From: Macrostomum lignano
Taxonomy: Eukaryota
NCBI GenBank assembly: GCA_002269645.1
Contig: NIVC01002242.1
Span: 62,001-126,000, forward strand
Reading direction: 5' to 3'
Length of the DNA stretch: 64,000 nucleotides
In this document: one piece after another, positions 51,501 through 63,735 of the stretch
How the letters are laid out: each line of letters begins with the position of its first letter
How positions within the stretch are numbered: position 1 is the first letter of the stretch
Made by a program: the position numbers and the translations under genes
Notes under the pieces: generated by a model
Seen by the model: the letters and a program-made list of their open reading frames with translations, nothing else
What the model was told of the DNA's origin: nothing
The model's database searches: none

Positions 51501-53333
51501 TATTCCTCCTATAAGCCCTGACACCTCAGAAATTCCTTCCGTAAGCCTTGACATCCCAGAAATCCCCCCGTGAGCCTTGAAATCTTAGTAATTCTCCCCA
51601 AGAGTCACAGCATAGTTTCACGTGACGTTTTTTTCTGTTTTATATGACGCTTATTTTATGCCTTCATGAAGCTTTTTTATTTTTTACATGACGTTTTTTT
51701 ATGTCTGACATGACGCTTCTTTTATGTCTGACATGACGCTTCTTTTATGTCTGACATGACGTTTCATCTATGTCTGACATGACGCTTCTTTTATGTCTGA
51801 CATGACGCTTCATCTATGTCTGACATGACGCTTCTTTTATGTCTGACATGACGCTTCATTTATGTCTGACATGACGTTTCATCTATGTCTGACATGACGC
51901 TTCTTTTATGTCTGACATGACGCTTCTTTTATGTCTGACATGACGTTTCATCTATGTCTGACATGACGCTTCTTTTATGTCTGACATGACGTTTCATCTA
52001 TGTCTGACATAACGCTTCTTTTATGTCTGACATGACGCTTCATCTATGTCTGACATGACGCTTCTTTTATGTCTGACATGACGCTTCTTTTATGTCTGAC
52101 ATGACGTTTCATCTATGTCTGACATGACGCTTCATTTATGTCTGACATGACGTTTCATCTATGTCTGACATAACGCTTCTTTTATGTCTGACATGACGCT
52201 TCTATGTCTGACATGACGCTTCATCTATGTCTGACATGACGCTTCTTTTATGCCTACACCACGCTTCTTACATCATCTTCACATCACCTGTCTTATCTCC
52301 AACACCAAAAGGAGAAAGGGTTCAAGACAGTAGAAAAGCAGAGACAGGCCAAAGTTATAGGTTCGATTCCGTGCGTGGCCCACATTGATTTGGGGCTTGT
52401 GCATGAAAATTATTGCCTATGAAGGCCAGCCCCCAATGACAATATCAAGGCTGCTGTGTCGGGCTTTCTGATTGGCTGGACAAAATCAGGCCCAGTAGGG
52501 CTACACGGAGAGACATTGTCGCAGAGCAAACGCATAGGTATAACATCGTTAGTGTCTATCCATTCCCAGACTTACAAATAATTCTTAGTTACCATCTCTA
52601 TTCAATATCCAGAATAAACAAAATAGCATCCACTATAAAAGTTTCAGGAGCAGCAATGCAGCACGATTGGAATGGCACAGTGCAGGAGCAGCAACGGCTA
52701 GTCAGACTGCAGCTCTATCTGTGGGGCTATTTCGGCACCGGTCTCAGTCTATTAGGCATGGCCGGCAATGCTCTTAGCATTCGAGTACTCTGCTCACGCA
52801 GAATGTATTCGTCCACTGCGCTGTACCTGGCGGCGCAAGGCTTCTTAGACATTATTGTGCTGCTATTGTTCGACATCTGCATGGGCCTGCCGCTTGTGTC
52901 GGCTGTGTTTGCCCGCCTAGCCAGGCCCGACTCGCTGCTGATCGGCATACTCTACCCGCTGTCCCTGTTCATTCACATGTGCGGCATGTACGTCACAGCC
53001 TGCTTCACTGTGGAACGCTGCCTCTCAGCAAAATTCCCACTTCGCTCCACTAGCGCCTGCAGCCGCAGACGAGCTCGAAGACGCCTAATGGCCATCTTTC
53101 TGTTCTCTTTAATCTACAATGCGCCTCGAGGCTTCGAACGAATGCCATTCGGGAATGAGACTGAGAACAATTCGAGGAACGGCACTTGGACTCTGATTGA
53201 CAATTGGTGGTATCGCGGTATCTACAGCGGCGCAATGTACTCGCTATTTATGTACGTGCTACCTCTAACTCTAATCACTGTGTCTAATGCTGTTCTTGTT
53301 CACACTGTACGGAAGTCAACTCGCAGGACTACT

Positions 53334-53406
<73 letters not shown>

Positions 53407-56195
53407 TGATGCCCAGTAGCCCAAGGGGACCCAGCAGGCAATCAAGCCAACAGTTGAAACGGCTGGAACGGGACCGCAGCATCAGCAGGATGCTTGCCGG
53501 AGTGGTTGTTGTGTTCGTCCTCTGCCAGACCTTCGCTCTAGTGGACAATTTGGCGGCAGTGGTGCTGCAGACTCCGCCTAACCCGTTGGCGCACTGGCAG
53601 CAAGCGTTTTACATCGTCGCCCAGTTTATGATTGTCCTCAATTCGTCAGTAAATTTCATTCTCTATTGCTTTTTTGGCCAAAGATTTCGGAGGGAATTGC
53701 AATTGACTCTGTGCGCCGGCGGTGGCGGAGTCGGTGGACAGCAGAATGCCGGACGTCAAGCCGGAAGCAACATAGCTTTGCAGAATATGAACGGAAGTCG
53801 AACGCCCAGCCAGTTGCACGGCAGTGCCAGCCCGTTATGGAGCAGTCCTAGTCCGCAGCACGGCTGCGCCAGTCTGCTGGCCAGTCCCGAACCAAACCGA
53901 TCAAAGCTTGCCCGAGCTGTCTCAAGCAGGCGAGAGCAGCGAAATTGGCTGATGGCCGAACAGGAGCCAATGCAGATTGATGATTCGCCTCCGGCGTCAA
54001 TTTGACTTTCTGATGCTTTGCTAGGCTTTTGTACTATATTATATTCATTCTCATAGCAGAGTTCCCCTGTCTTTGTTCGCTTAGCAGTGTATCTCAATGC
54101 TACCTCACAAGAGTCTTTGTTGTTCGCTTAGCAGTGTCTCTCAATGCTACCCCACAACAGTCTTTGTTGTTCTCTTAGCAGTGTCTCCCAATGCTACCCC
54201 ACAACAGTCTTTGTTGTTCTCTTAGCAGTGTCTCCCAATGCTACCCCACAACAGGTCTTTGTTGTTCGCTATCCCAGATTTCACAAGTCTTTGTTTACGC
54301 AACAGACTACAATTATTATCTTTGTGATTAAAAAACGCAGGTTTATTTTAATCTGAAATAAGAATACCTTAATTTAGCACGCTAGAACCTGCCTCGCCGC
54401 CTACGAGCACTTACTTAGCTTACGGCCACTCCATCCTAATGCTGGAATTTCTTTATACCATACTTTCTGCTTGTTTTTTTCTTTCACCACTCAGTTTCTG
54501 TTCGTGACTTTTCCAGACTTTTCCTGGCAAAAATTTTGAGCACAACTCCTAAACCAAATTGTTGTGATAATTGTCTCAATTTTGAGTCGAGACTGACATC
54601 CATTCTTTATTACATCCGCATAGAAAAAATACACGTGAATAGCACTGAAAAAAATGGTAAATTTCTGGAAAGATAAAGTTCAAATCGCTAGCAAACATGT
54701 ACATCTAAATCGGATAGAGGGCATCAAAGATTGAACTCACTGTTTTGTACTTTTTTGCTGCCCTCTGGCCGACTTTGCTTCAAGTTGCTTGTTGTCCTCT
54801 TCTGCGAGAGTTTGAGGAGAGGGAAAGGATTAAGGGGAGAAGGGAAGGATTAATCAGATTTGGAAGGAATGAGAAGAGAGAGAACAATTACGGAGAAAGG
54901 GAGGAATAATGAGGGATTAAGTAATGATTAAGGGGAAAGAAGGATTAAGGAGATTAAGGAAGGATTAAGCAGTGGGAATCGAGAATCAGGAAATATCGGT
55001 GTTGAAAAGGTGACGCAGAGCAAGATATCTAATCTGGCCTAAAAGTTGCACAAAAGGCTTCAAGACAGGAGATAAAATATTCGAGTGGGGGGTGTCGGTG
55101 CAAACTTGGCAGACCAGGTTTGCGAAGTTTAAGGGGCTAGGGGAGCTAGACAAGAGGGTAGCGGGATAACAGCTCGTGGAAGATTTACAGGCACGGGATT
55201 AGAGGCCTTTAGCTTTTCTATCTAATGGCTACTGTGAAAGGGCTAGTGTTAATTGCTTAATGCTAATAGGCTAATGCTAATGGACTAATGCCGATGGACT
55301 AATGCTACTGTAAAAATGCTAATGGACTAATGCTACTTGAAAAATGCTAATGGACTAATTCTACTGGACTAATGCTAATAGACTAATGCTAATGGACTAA
55401 CGCTACTTGAAAAATGCTAATGGACTAATGCTAATGGAGTAATGCTAATGGACTAATGCTAATTGACAAATGCTACAGGAAAAATGCTAATGGACTAATG
55501 CTGATGGACTAATGCTACTGGAAAATGCTAAAAGACTAATGCTAATGGACTAGTGCTAATGGACTAATGCTGATAGGCTACCAAAAATAATCAGGAGCAA
55601 ATATTCACCCTGCTCAGCCCTCGGCGCCGCGCCGCCCTCTGCCAGCTGCTCAAGCCGCCGCTCCAGCTGCTCCAGCCGCTCTCGATAAGCCTTCTCACCG
55701 TCGGCTTTGCCGGCCTCGTCACCTTCGCCGCTCCGACGCTCGTCAGCATCGGCTCCGTGATTGTCGTCGACACCATCGTCGTCCAACTCGCCAGCCGGCC
55801 TCCGACTGCGGAACCGCTTGTAGGCCGCGTCAATCTTCGGAGTCGGCAGCCTTCTCGACTTCGATTCATCTTCGTTGCCGCCTCCTCCAGCGTCGGTGGC
55901 GGCCGACGAGGAGCCGAGGAATTCCAGGAATTCTTCCAGTCCGGGCACATCGGCAAGAACCTCGACGGCCGCTCGATCGCCCTGACGGTCCAGCTGGTCA
56001 AGCGAGTCGAGCTGCGGCAGGCCGGCAAGCAGCTGGCGCCGGTAGTCCCGCTGCCGACACGCCGGGTTGTCCGCCGACGCCAGGCTGAGCGTCAGGTGGC
56101 GCAGGTTGCGGCACTGCCTGAGCGACTTCGTCAGCTGCGACACCGCGCGAATCTGCCGACGTTTGGGGAGCTGCTACGGTTCACTGAATTGCCTG

Positions 56196-56228
<33 letters not shown>

Positions 56229-56351
56229 GCCTGTCTGTCTGTCTGTTTGTCTGCCTGTCTGTCTTTCTGCCTGGCTGTCTGCTTGCCTATGTGTCTGTCT
56301 GTCTGTCTGTTTGTCTGCCTGTCTGTCTGCCTGGCTGCCTGCTTGCCTATG

Positions 56352-56389
<38 letters not shown>

Positions 56390-56530
56390 CCTGTCTGTCT
56401 GTCTGCCTGGCTGCCTATGTGTCTGTCTGTCTGTCTGTCTGCCTGTTTGTCTGTCTGTCTGCCTGGCTGCCTGCTTGCCTATGTGTCTGTCTGTCTGTCA
56501 GTCAGTCTGTCTCCTGTCTGCCTGCCTATG

Positions 56531-56569
<39 letters not shown>

Positions 56570-59250
56570 GTCTATCTGTGTGTGTGTGTCTACCGTATCT
56601 GTGCCTGTCTGCATCTTTGTGTCTGCATATGTATCTTGTCTGTGTGTCTTTATCTGTCCATGTGTCTGCATTCCTGCCTGTGTTTGTCTGTCGGCCTGTC
56701 ACGGTGTCTGCTTGCCCATCTTTCTCCGTTGTATCAAGAGAACTCGCACAAGCAGTCAGTTGGTAATTACAAAATGAAAGCCTTGCATTCACACAATAGC
56801 TTTTCACAGGTGTCCATTAAAATTCGCCATTTGAAGAGTTTCGACCGACCTTATCCTTCGCTCTCCTATCCCTGCGCAAGACCGTAGCTATTGTTGCAAG
56901 AAAATTTCAAAGAGTAACTTTCGATATCGCAAAGAGTTGAAAGATTTGGTTTAAAAGTTTAATTATCGGTTTAGTAGGAAAAAATCCCTTTCAGCCGCAT
57001 CTTAGTTCTTATGGATTGACCTGAACCTTCAATGCTCAGAACAGAAATGCTCTTCAGTAAAGTTCATTTCAATAGAAGATCACTCAATAAATTATTTTGA
57101 ATAAAAGAAAAATCACCAATAGCTAACTGTGTTTTGAATCCCAATCTAAATATTCCTCTATTGGGGAAATCCCAATCTAAATATTCCTCTATTGGGGAAA
57201 TCCCAATCTAAATATTCCTCTATTGGGGAAATCCCAATCTAAATATTCCTTTATTGGGGAAATCCCAATCTAAATATTCCTCTATTGGGGAAATCCCAAT
57301 CTAAATATTCCTCTATTGGGGAAATCCCAATCTAAATATTCCTCTATTGGGGAAATCCCGATCTAAATATTCCTCTATTGGGGAAATCCCAATCTAAATA
57401 TTCCTCTATTGGGGAAATCCCAATCTAAATATTCCTCTATTGGGGAAATCCCAATCTAAATATTCCTCTATTGGGGAAATCCCAATCTAAATAATCATCA
57501 ATTAGGAAAATCCTAATCTAAATAATCGTCAATTGGGGAAATCCCAATCTAAACAATCGTCAATTGGGGAAATCTCAATCTAAATAATACTCAATTGGGG
57601 AAATCCTAATCTAAATAATCCTCAATTGGCAAAATCCCAATCTAAATAATCGCCAATTGGGGAAATCCCAATCTAAATAATCGTCAATTGGGGAAATCCC
57701 AATCTAAATAATACTCAATTAGCAAAATCACAATCTAAATACCTCGTAATCATCAATGAGAAAAATCCCAATCTAAATAATCGTCAATTGGGGAAATTCC
57801 AATCTAAATAATCCTCAATTGGGGAAATCCCAATCTAAATAATACTCCATTGGGGAAATCCCAAACTAAATATTCCTTAATTGGGAAAATCCAAATCTAA
57901 ATAATCGTCAATTGGGGAAATCCCAATCTAAATAATCCTCAATTGGAGAAATCCCAATCTAAATAATACTCCATTGGGGAAATCCCAATCTAAATATTCC
58001 TTAATTGGGAAAATCCCAATCTAAATAATACTCCATTAGGGAAATCCAATTAGATTAACCCCCAATTGGGAAATCTCCTAAAGCCCCGCCTCGGGCGCAA
58101 GACTCGCCTGATTTCCATGCAGCTCAATGCAGGTGAGCCGATACGCCGGGCCCCGCATCTCGGCAAAGCCGGCCACGTCTCTGATGGCATTGTAGGACAA
58201 GTTGATTCGAACCAACGACTTCAATCCGGCCAGGCCTTCAACCTTTGCCAGGCGATTGCCAGCCAGATTAAGAGTTCGCAGGCTGGCCAGACAGTCGAGG
58301 TCACTAATCCGGCTGATCCTATTAGAGGACAAATCCAGGTGGCGCAGGTTGGGGGCGCGGTCCAGGCCGGCCAGGGCCTCGATTCGGTTGCAGTGGCAGT
58401 TGAGCACGGACAGCCGATCGTGCAGCGGCAGGTCCAGCAACCGGCCGACTCCGCAGTCGATGTAGCTCAACTCTGAGGCTTCCGTCGGGTCCGCTTTGAA
58501 GCCGCGAGCGCCGCCGGGGCGCTTGACCACCTCCTGCTGCTGCCGCTTTGACTGCTGGGTCCGCTGAAGCGATGCCAGCAACTCAGTTCATATATTGCCC
58601 TCCCAGTTCCAATCTCAATGACAGGGGAGATGTCCCTCCCAGTTCCAATCTCAATGACAGGGGAGATGTCCCTCTCAGTTCCAATCTCAATGACAGGAGA
58701 GATGTCCCTCCCAGTTCCAATCTCAATGACAGGGGAGATGTCCCTCCCAGTTCCAATCTCAATGACAGGAGAGATGTCCCTCCCAGTTCCAATCTCAATG
58801 ACAGGGGAGATGTCCCTCCCAGTTCCAATCTCAATGACAGGGGAGATGTCCCTCCCAGTTCCAATCTCAATGACAGGGGAGATGTCCCTCTCAGTTCCAA
58901 TCTCAATGACAGGAGAGATGTCCCTCCCAGTTCCAATCTCAATGACAGGGGAGATGTCCCTCCCAGTTCCAATCTCAATGACAGGAGAGATGTCCCTCCC
59001 AGTTCCAATCTCAATGACAGGGGAGATGTCCCTCCCAGTTCCAATCTCAATGACAGGGGAGATGTCCCTCCCAGTTCCAATCTCAATGACAGGGGAGATG
59101 TTCCTCTCAGTTCCAATCTCAATGACAGGAGAGATGTCCCTCCCAGTTCCAATCTCAATGACAGGGGAGATGTCCCTCCCAGTTCCAATCTCAATTACAG
59201 AGGAGATGCCCCTCCGTTCTGCAGCTGACTGTTTTATAGTTCCCTGGCAT
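42365..59250 (-). CDS. LRRCC1: Leucine-rich repeat and coiled-coil centrosomal protein 1 (CLERC); exons 59250..59230 (tentative), 58563..58108, 56152..55609, 54801..54741, 50512..50353, 47079..46291, 44694..44623, 43981..43529, 42874..42365 (~1020 aa)
   Basis: N-terminal LRRs ([50 protein letters not shown]...YR..L...LPQL) and coiled-coil signatures [12 protein letters not shown] and [21 protein letters not shown]...DALRIKTKV match LRRCC1. Phases are consistent if two GC donors are accepted. Confidence 0.88.
42900..43505. repeat. Degenerate ~29-bp repeat filling the last LRRCC1 intron
   Basis: Recurring CCCAATCCCAATGTACATTATCCCATTTCTT. Confidence 0.9.
44020..44545. repeat. Purine-rich tract and 21-bp repeat (AGACAGTGAGATCAAGAGATT) in a LRRCC1 intron
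   Basis: Directly visible. Confidence 0.92.
45045..46285. repeat. (GACA)n-based compound microsatellite in a LRRCC1 intron
   Basis: Directly visible; runs up to the exon boundary at 46291. Confidence 0.95.
47105..47600. repeat. 31-bp repeat (47105..47360) and 18-bp repeat (47430..47600) in a LRRCC1 intron
   Basis: Units GAGTTTGAGGATTTCTCCTGTTTGGGGATTC and GGGGCAG(T/C)TGTGATGCTG. Confidence 0.9.
48990..50235. repeat. TG/TC-rich compound minisatellite in a LRRCC1 intron
   Basis: Recurring ATGTGTCTGCCTCTCCGTGTGTGTCCACGTCTGTCTGTCTCTC. Confidence 0.95.
50565..51120. repeat. 39-bp minisatellite (CCTTCGGTCCTTCAGATGGCGCCAAATCCTATCCTAATC)
   Basis: Directly visible; explains ORF 50548..51336. Confidence 0.95.
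51700..52255. repeat. 23-bp minisatellite (TATGTCTGACATGACGCTTCTTT)
   Basis: Directly visible. Confidence 0.95.
52656..54005 (+). CDS. Rhodopsin-class peptide GPCR, FMRFamide-receptor-like, intronless, nested antisense in a LRRCC1 intron
   Basis: Seven TMs; GN in TM1, YLAAQGFLD in TM2, TVERC (DRY position), NAPRGFE in TM4, VLP..LI.VSN in TM5, VVVVFVLCQ in TM6, [10 protein letters not shown] in TM7; polyQ in ICL3. Confidence 0.9.
55260..55570. repeat. (GGACTAATGCTAAT)n repeat in a LRRCC1 intron
   Basis: Directly visible. Confidence 0.9.
56190..56560. repeat. (CTGT)n compound microsatellite in a LRRCC1 intron
   Basis: Directly visible. Confidence 0.93.
57135..58050. repeat. 31-bp minisatellite with internal inverted repeat (GGGGAAATCCCAATCTAAATATTCCTCTATT)
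   Basis: ~29 units. Confidence 0.95.
58600..59215. repeat. 36-bp minisatellite (~17 copies) filling the tentative first LRRCC1 intron
   Basis: Unit CCAGTTCCAATCTCAATGACAGGGGAGATGTCCCTC. Confidence 0.97.
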
Positions 59251-61282
59251 CTTTGTTAGTGCACCACACGAAAATAAAATCAGGGTTTCTATGTATTTTA
59301 GGATTTTGCAAGATTGTGCAAACAATGCTAACCATACTACTGTCAAGCATATAAGTTGTTGATGACACTAAAAACCTTTTTTGAACAGAAAAGCAACACT
59401 AATTGATAGTCGAGAAAAATCAATATGCTTTTGATTTAGTATGCTATTTGTCTTAGTTTTCTTAGTCAAAGCACTTGTCAATATGTGTTTGTTATAGTTA
59501 TATTTAAACTTTTACTTCATTCAACTATTGATATGGTTAGTTTTCTATTAGCTATGTGTTAAAATTTATATCAGTTTGTTTCTCAAACTCAATACATTAT
59601 AGCCATATGAAATTAAGAAAAATGGTATAAATGGATGATAGTTAATATGACAAAATCATATGACAAATGTGCTAATGATAAATTTGACCCAAATCTTCAT
59701 TGTCCAAGACAAATAAGACACAACAAGAAATCCTGAAATTTTTCTTGTCTTTTGATAAAATTACCTAGTAAAAATTATTTCAATTTATTTAAATAAAAAT
59801 GCTTAGACAAAATTGTCTTATTTTATATTTTTTATTATTTTGGATAATTATAGGGTATCTTTATTACTTATTTTTTAAACTAGCCACTTTTTCCTAATCC
59901 CAATTTCTGTTAATGTGCATTTAAACAAATTTGTAACTTTTTTACTATATTCATGTAAGTTTAAAAAAACTTTCTATAAAAGTTCATTACTTTTGTTGAA
60001 TAGATTTTTCAAAAATACAAAATGAATAGCTTTATGTATATTTGGTAATCTTTTACTTTACTAAAGGTTTATTTTTTCTTGGAAAAGTTGCAATTATAAT
60101 AGGTATAGAATGACATGGCTTGAAAGATTTGTTTTTTGCATAAAGTCTCTGATAAATTGTCTAATAGGTAGACTTAGCCTATGCAAGATAGATACACTAG
60201 ACTTAGCTCATATAACTAAAGCAATCAAATAAGTCAATTATCTTAGTCCAGCTTCATCTATAGCTCTATCTATTATACTAGTTGATAACTTGCTTGACCT
60301 TGTTTATGACCTTGATATTACAATATAGCTTCCTATAAAGTTTTTGAAACTTATCAATCTATCTATTGAACCTATTTAGTAATAAATCTAGGAAGAGAGA
60401 ATGGGGGTGGCTGCCCTCCTTTTTTGCTATGGCTAGACTAGACTTGTATGTAAGGAGGGTATTTTAATTTTCGACTTCTTCTAGCCCAACCTGAACATTT
60501 TGGCTAATCTGCCCCCCATATTTAAGAACCCTAGATTTTTTGCTACTGAATCCAATATAGTATTCATCATTAAACTAAATGAAATAGCAAACTTTCAAAA
60601 TAAAGTACATTTTAACAAGTAAAGATAAAAGATTGCCATAATGCTATATATATTTATATGCTTTAAGGCCTCAAAATGGTTGATTAAAATAAACAATTTA
60701 TGTATTATAATTTATAAATGCCTATAGGGCCTAGGCTATATTTAAATAAGAGATAGGCCTAGGCTAAGTGAAAATGATACGAAATAGGAAAAATCAATTT
60801 TAAATCAAGAAATAAATAATGGCCTTTAAGAAGGTATTCAAATTATATAGTGAAATCTTTACAAAAAAGAAAAAATCTTATTTATACATAATGTTGTTTT
60901 CAAATAACAATTAATCATAATAATAGGCATTAACTAATAGTTACATGATAAAATTGAAAAATATAGAGTTGAAGCATTTTATTTCAACTTTTAAGTACAT
61001 GTTTTTAAATTGATTTAAGAATTAACAACATTGAATCATTATATAGGCTTTTGATACACAGGAAGTGGTTTAAATTTTTTGGCTAGTAGAAAAATGCAGC
61101 ATTTTTGTTTAAATCATATGGAATGCTACTAAATTTTATTAAATTGCCCAAGACTTTAAGAAAATAATATAATTTAGTTTGTAGCTGTAGAATTAAATTT
61201 AATAATACACTAATAAGATACATGCAAAATTAATTAGAAAGGGAAGTAAAATAGGCCTAGTAAAGCACAAAGTCTCCAAAAA

Positions 61283-61662
61283 TAGGCTTTTCACGAAGAT
61301 CGGTTCTAGAACCAAAATAATTCTGATTCCAGAACTAGAATCGGTAGGAAAATGAAAAGCTTCGAACCCATTTTATGTTTGTCAGTCTTTACAGTTTAAT
61401 TTTGTTTTTCCTTGACTTTGTTTCCTTTTGGATATTACAAAAACGGAATAATTATATATATAAACCAAAAATAAAATTTGACGATTTCAAATAGATTTCA
61501 CTGTTAAAGTGTACTTCAGTAAACATGACAACGGATCAAGAAAATTTCTCGATCCAAATTCCAGATCCAGAACATGGTTCTGGAACCGATTCTGAAAACG
61601 GAACAGACAATATGAAGCTTCGAACCGATTCTGGTTCTGAAATCGGTAATATGAAAAGCCTA
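61283..61662. mobile_element. Probable MITE (~380 bp)
   Basis: 11-bp terminal inverted repeat TAGGCTTTTCA / TGAAAAGCCTA with internal repeated GGTTCT/AGAACC motifs; TSD ambiguous. Confidence 0.55.
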
Positions 61663-62096
61663 AAAGACAAAGAGCAGCATTGTTAAAAAATCGTCAGATG
61701 GATAGAAGTTGAACATAACCAATTTAGTGAGAGAAGCCTTTCTTTCTTTAACAATATTTTACAATTCATTAGCTTTTTTTTAAACGAAGACAAACATACG
61801 CAGGAAAACGTTTAAATTTGACTGGTTGGTACAGTCCGTACGTTTTTGTTAAACTGTTAAGGTCTAATATAAAATATTGAAACGATCTCAGCGACAGGCT
61901 TATACACTCTAATTGTTTTCGGACTATATAGGTTATAGGTTACAGGCCGTTTGTAATTTTATCGAATCTTTTACGACTGACAGGGTATTTGGAACTCTTC
62001 TCATGATGGTTAAATTTGCATACACTAGTGCAGTTTGACACGATTCAGTTGCCAGGAATACGCGCGTGTACGTCATGCATTATAATAAGTTTTTGA

Positions 62097-62160
62097 GTAG
62101 CTTAGCGGTAAACACGTCTGACTCTCTCGCACCACGATCGTGCGTTCGATACCGATAATT
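62097..62160 (+). mobile_element. tRNA-like Pol III head (A-box TAGCTTAGCGG, B-box-like GTTCGATACC), probably a SINE
   Basis: Box spacing is tRNA-like but the D and anticodon stems do not pair. Confidence 0.4.
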
Positions 62161-62938
62161 TAGCCCTTGTGCGAAAAATGGCTAGGGTTGTCGTGCGATT
62201 CACACACAAGAATCCCCCAATTGCGCCAATCCCCAAGGCCCAGCTAAGGGTGTACATACCTGTGACGTAATTCGGGCTGCATGAAAACACCTGTGCAAAC
62301 CCTTGGGATATATGAGTCATCACGGGGGGCACAGGGATCACAACTGGGAGGAAGTGAGGGTGCGCAAACATTAGTGGGGAGGCCCACCAGGATTTCCCCA
62401 CGCAATAATATGTCATAGCTGCAGCCTGCAAAATTCAGTGTACTTGTGCTTTATTAAAAACAAATAAACGAATGCGAAACGAAAATTAAATTTTATTTTA
62501 AAAAGAGGAACTTTCAGATATGTGTTACGAACGTGGACGTTTGTGTTACACAATTTCTTAGACTATTAAAAAAGTAACATTTCACATACGGAAGTGGAGC
62601 TGCTGATGTTTTTCGAATGTTTCATTCGAAGCATTCTATATTTGTAAAAGTACGATGGACTGTATAAATTAGCGAACTATAAGGAACTAATAAGAACTAT
62701 TTGATTTGTGACTTCTATCACAGAGACGCCAGCGCTGTAGTATCGGAAAATAAGTCTAGAAAAGATTTCGCATTTCGTGATCAACAGAGCAAAATTAAAG
62801 GAAGAAATTGCATGGCTTTTCATTTTCTTCATTTGGATTCGACTAATTGTTCTCATGCTACAGTGTAGTTCTTACCTGGTGTGCCGCTTTTCTGAAGAGT
62901 AGGAGGCATTTAGGAGGCATTTTAGGATTAGAGTCAGG

Positions 62939-63266
62939 GGCGCACTTTAAGCGACATTGTCACACAACCGGTGAGAGGCATTACGGCCGATTCCGCAGAC
63001 TCCCCTGAGCAGGCACACAAGCGCGCGGATCCGTACGCAGTCATACGCACAGGCACACACTCACACAGGAGTGTACAGCGGCCCAAAAATTTATTTATCG
63101 TTATGCATGTACACTTCACGGTGCCTTGGGGTGGCTCTCAAGGGCGTTAATTACACGAGCAGAGCCAAGCCGAGATTCCAATTCAGCCCCAAATTAATGT
63201 GACTGCACTTGGACTCGAGCCTGGGCCGCTGGCAAATCAGAGCGCCGCGCTGGACGCACTGGGCTG
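62939..63266 (-). mobile_element. tRNA-derived SINE family B
   Basis: Same orientation as, and highly similar to, 33372..33672. Confidence 0.85.
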
Positions 63267-63579
63267 ATGGTATCCTCCCTCCTCTGAACTGGTGGACGGG
63301 AGCAATCCACCGGTGAACCGGGGATATTTAGAAACCCACACCAGTGAAACGGGGAATCCGCAGGGTAATCGAAGAAATGGGGCAATGGCCACATCTATGG
63401 ACTGGGGTTAGTCTAGCAACTTTAGACTGCATCGATATGATCCAAATGAAGAAACACGTCAAGCTTGATTGCTAAGAGGAAATTCTACTAACCAATTGAG
63501 AGAAGTGTAAATGAACAATTGTGACTCGTAGGTCAAAAAATGTAAGACAACCATCGCCACTTTCAAACGATCCAATTAA

Positions 63580-63735
63580 TTACGATCGAAAGTCCTCCAC
63601 GCCCGCCTGGGTCATCAGGTCGGCGACGCTGCGCTCGAGTTCGTCAATCCGCCGGCCCATTTCGTCGATTCGGCCGGTGATGCGGTCGCTGGTGTGGCCG
63701 AAATTGTCGGTCATGCCCTGCAGCATGGCCTGCAG
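63580..63735 (-). CDS. HSBP1: Heat shock factor binding protein 1, last coding exon (not in the ORF track); first exon not located
   Basis: CTGCAG|LQAMLQGMTDNFGHTSDRITGRIDEMGRRIDELERSVADLMTQAGVEDFRS* matches the HSBP1 motif SD.I.GRID.M..RID.LE...ADLMTQAGVE. Confidence 0.9.
   Translation of the reverse strand: MQAMLQGMTDNFGHTSDRITGRIDEMGRRIDELERSVADLMTQAGVEDFRS

Noticed and set aside
59352-59370. RFX X-box upstream of LRRCC1 (GTTGTTGATGACAC)
   Set aside because: Too many mismatches to GTTNCCATGGNAAC.
62102-62431. 109-aa minus-strand ORF
   Set aside because: No recognisable motif; overlaps a Pol III-type repeat head on the other strand.
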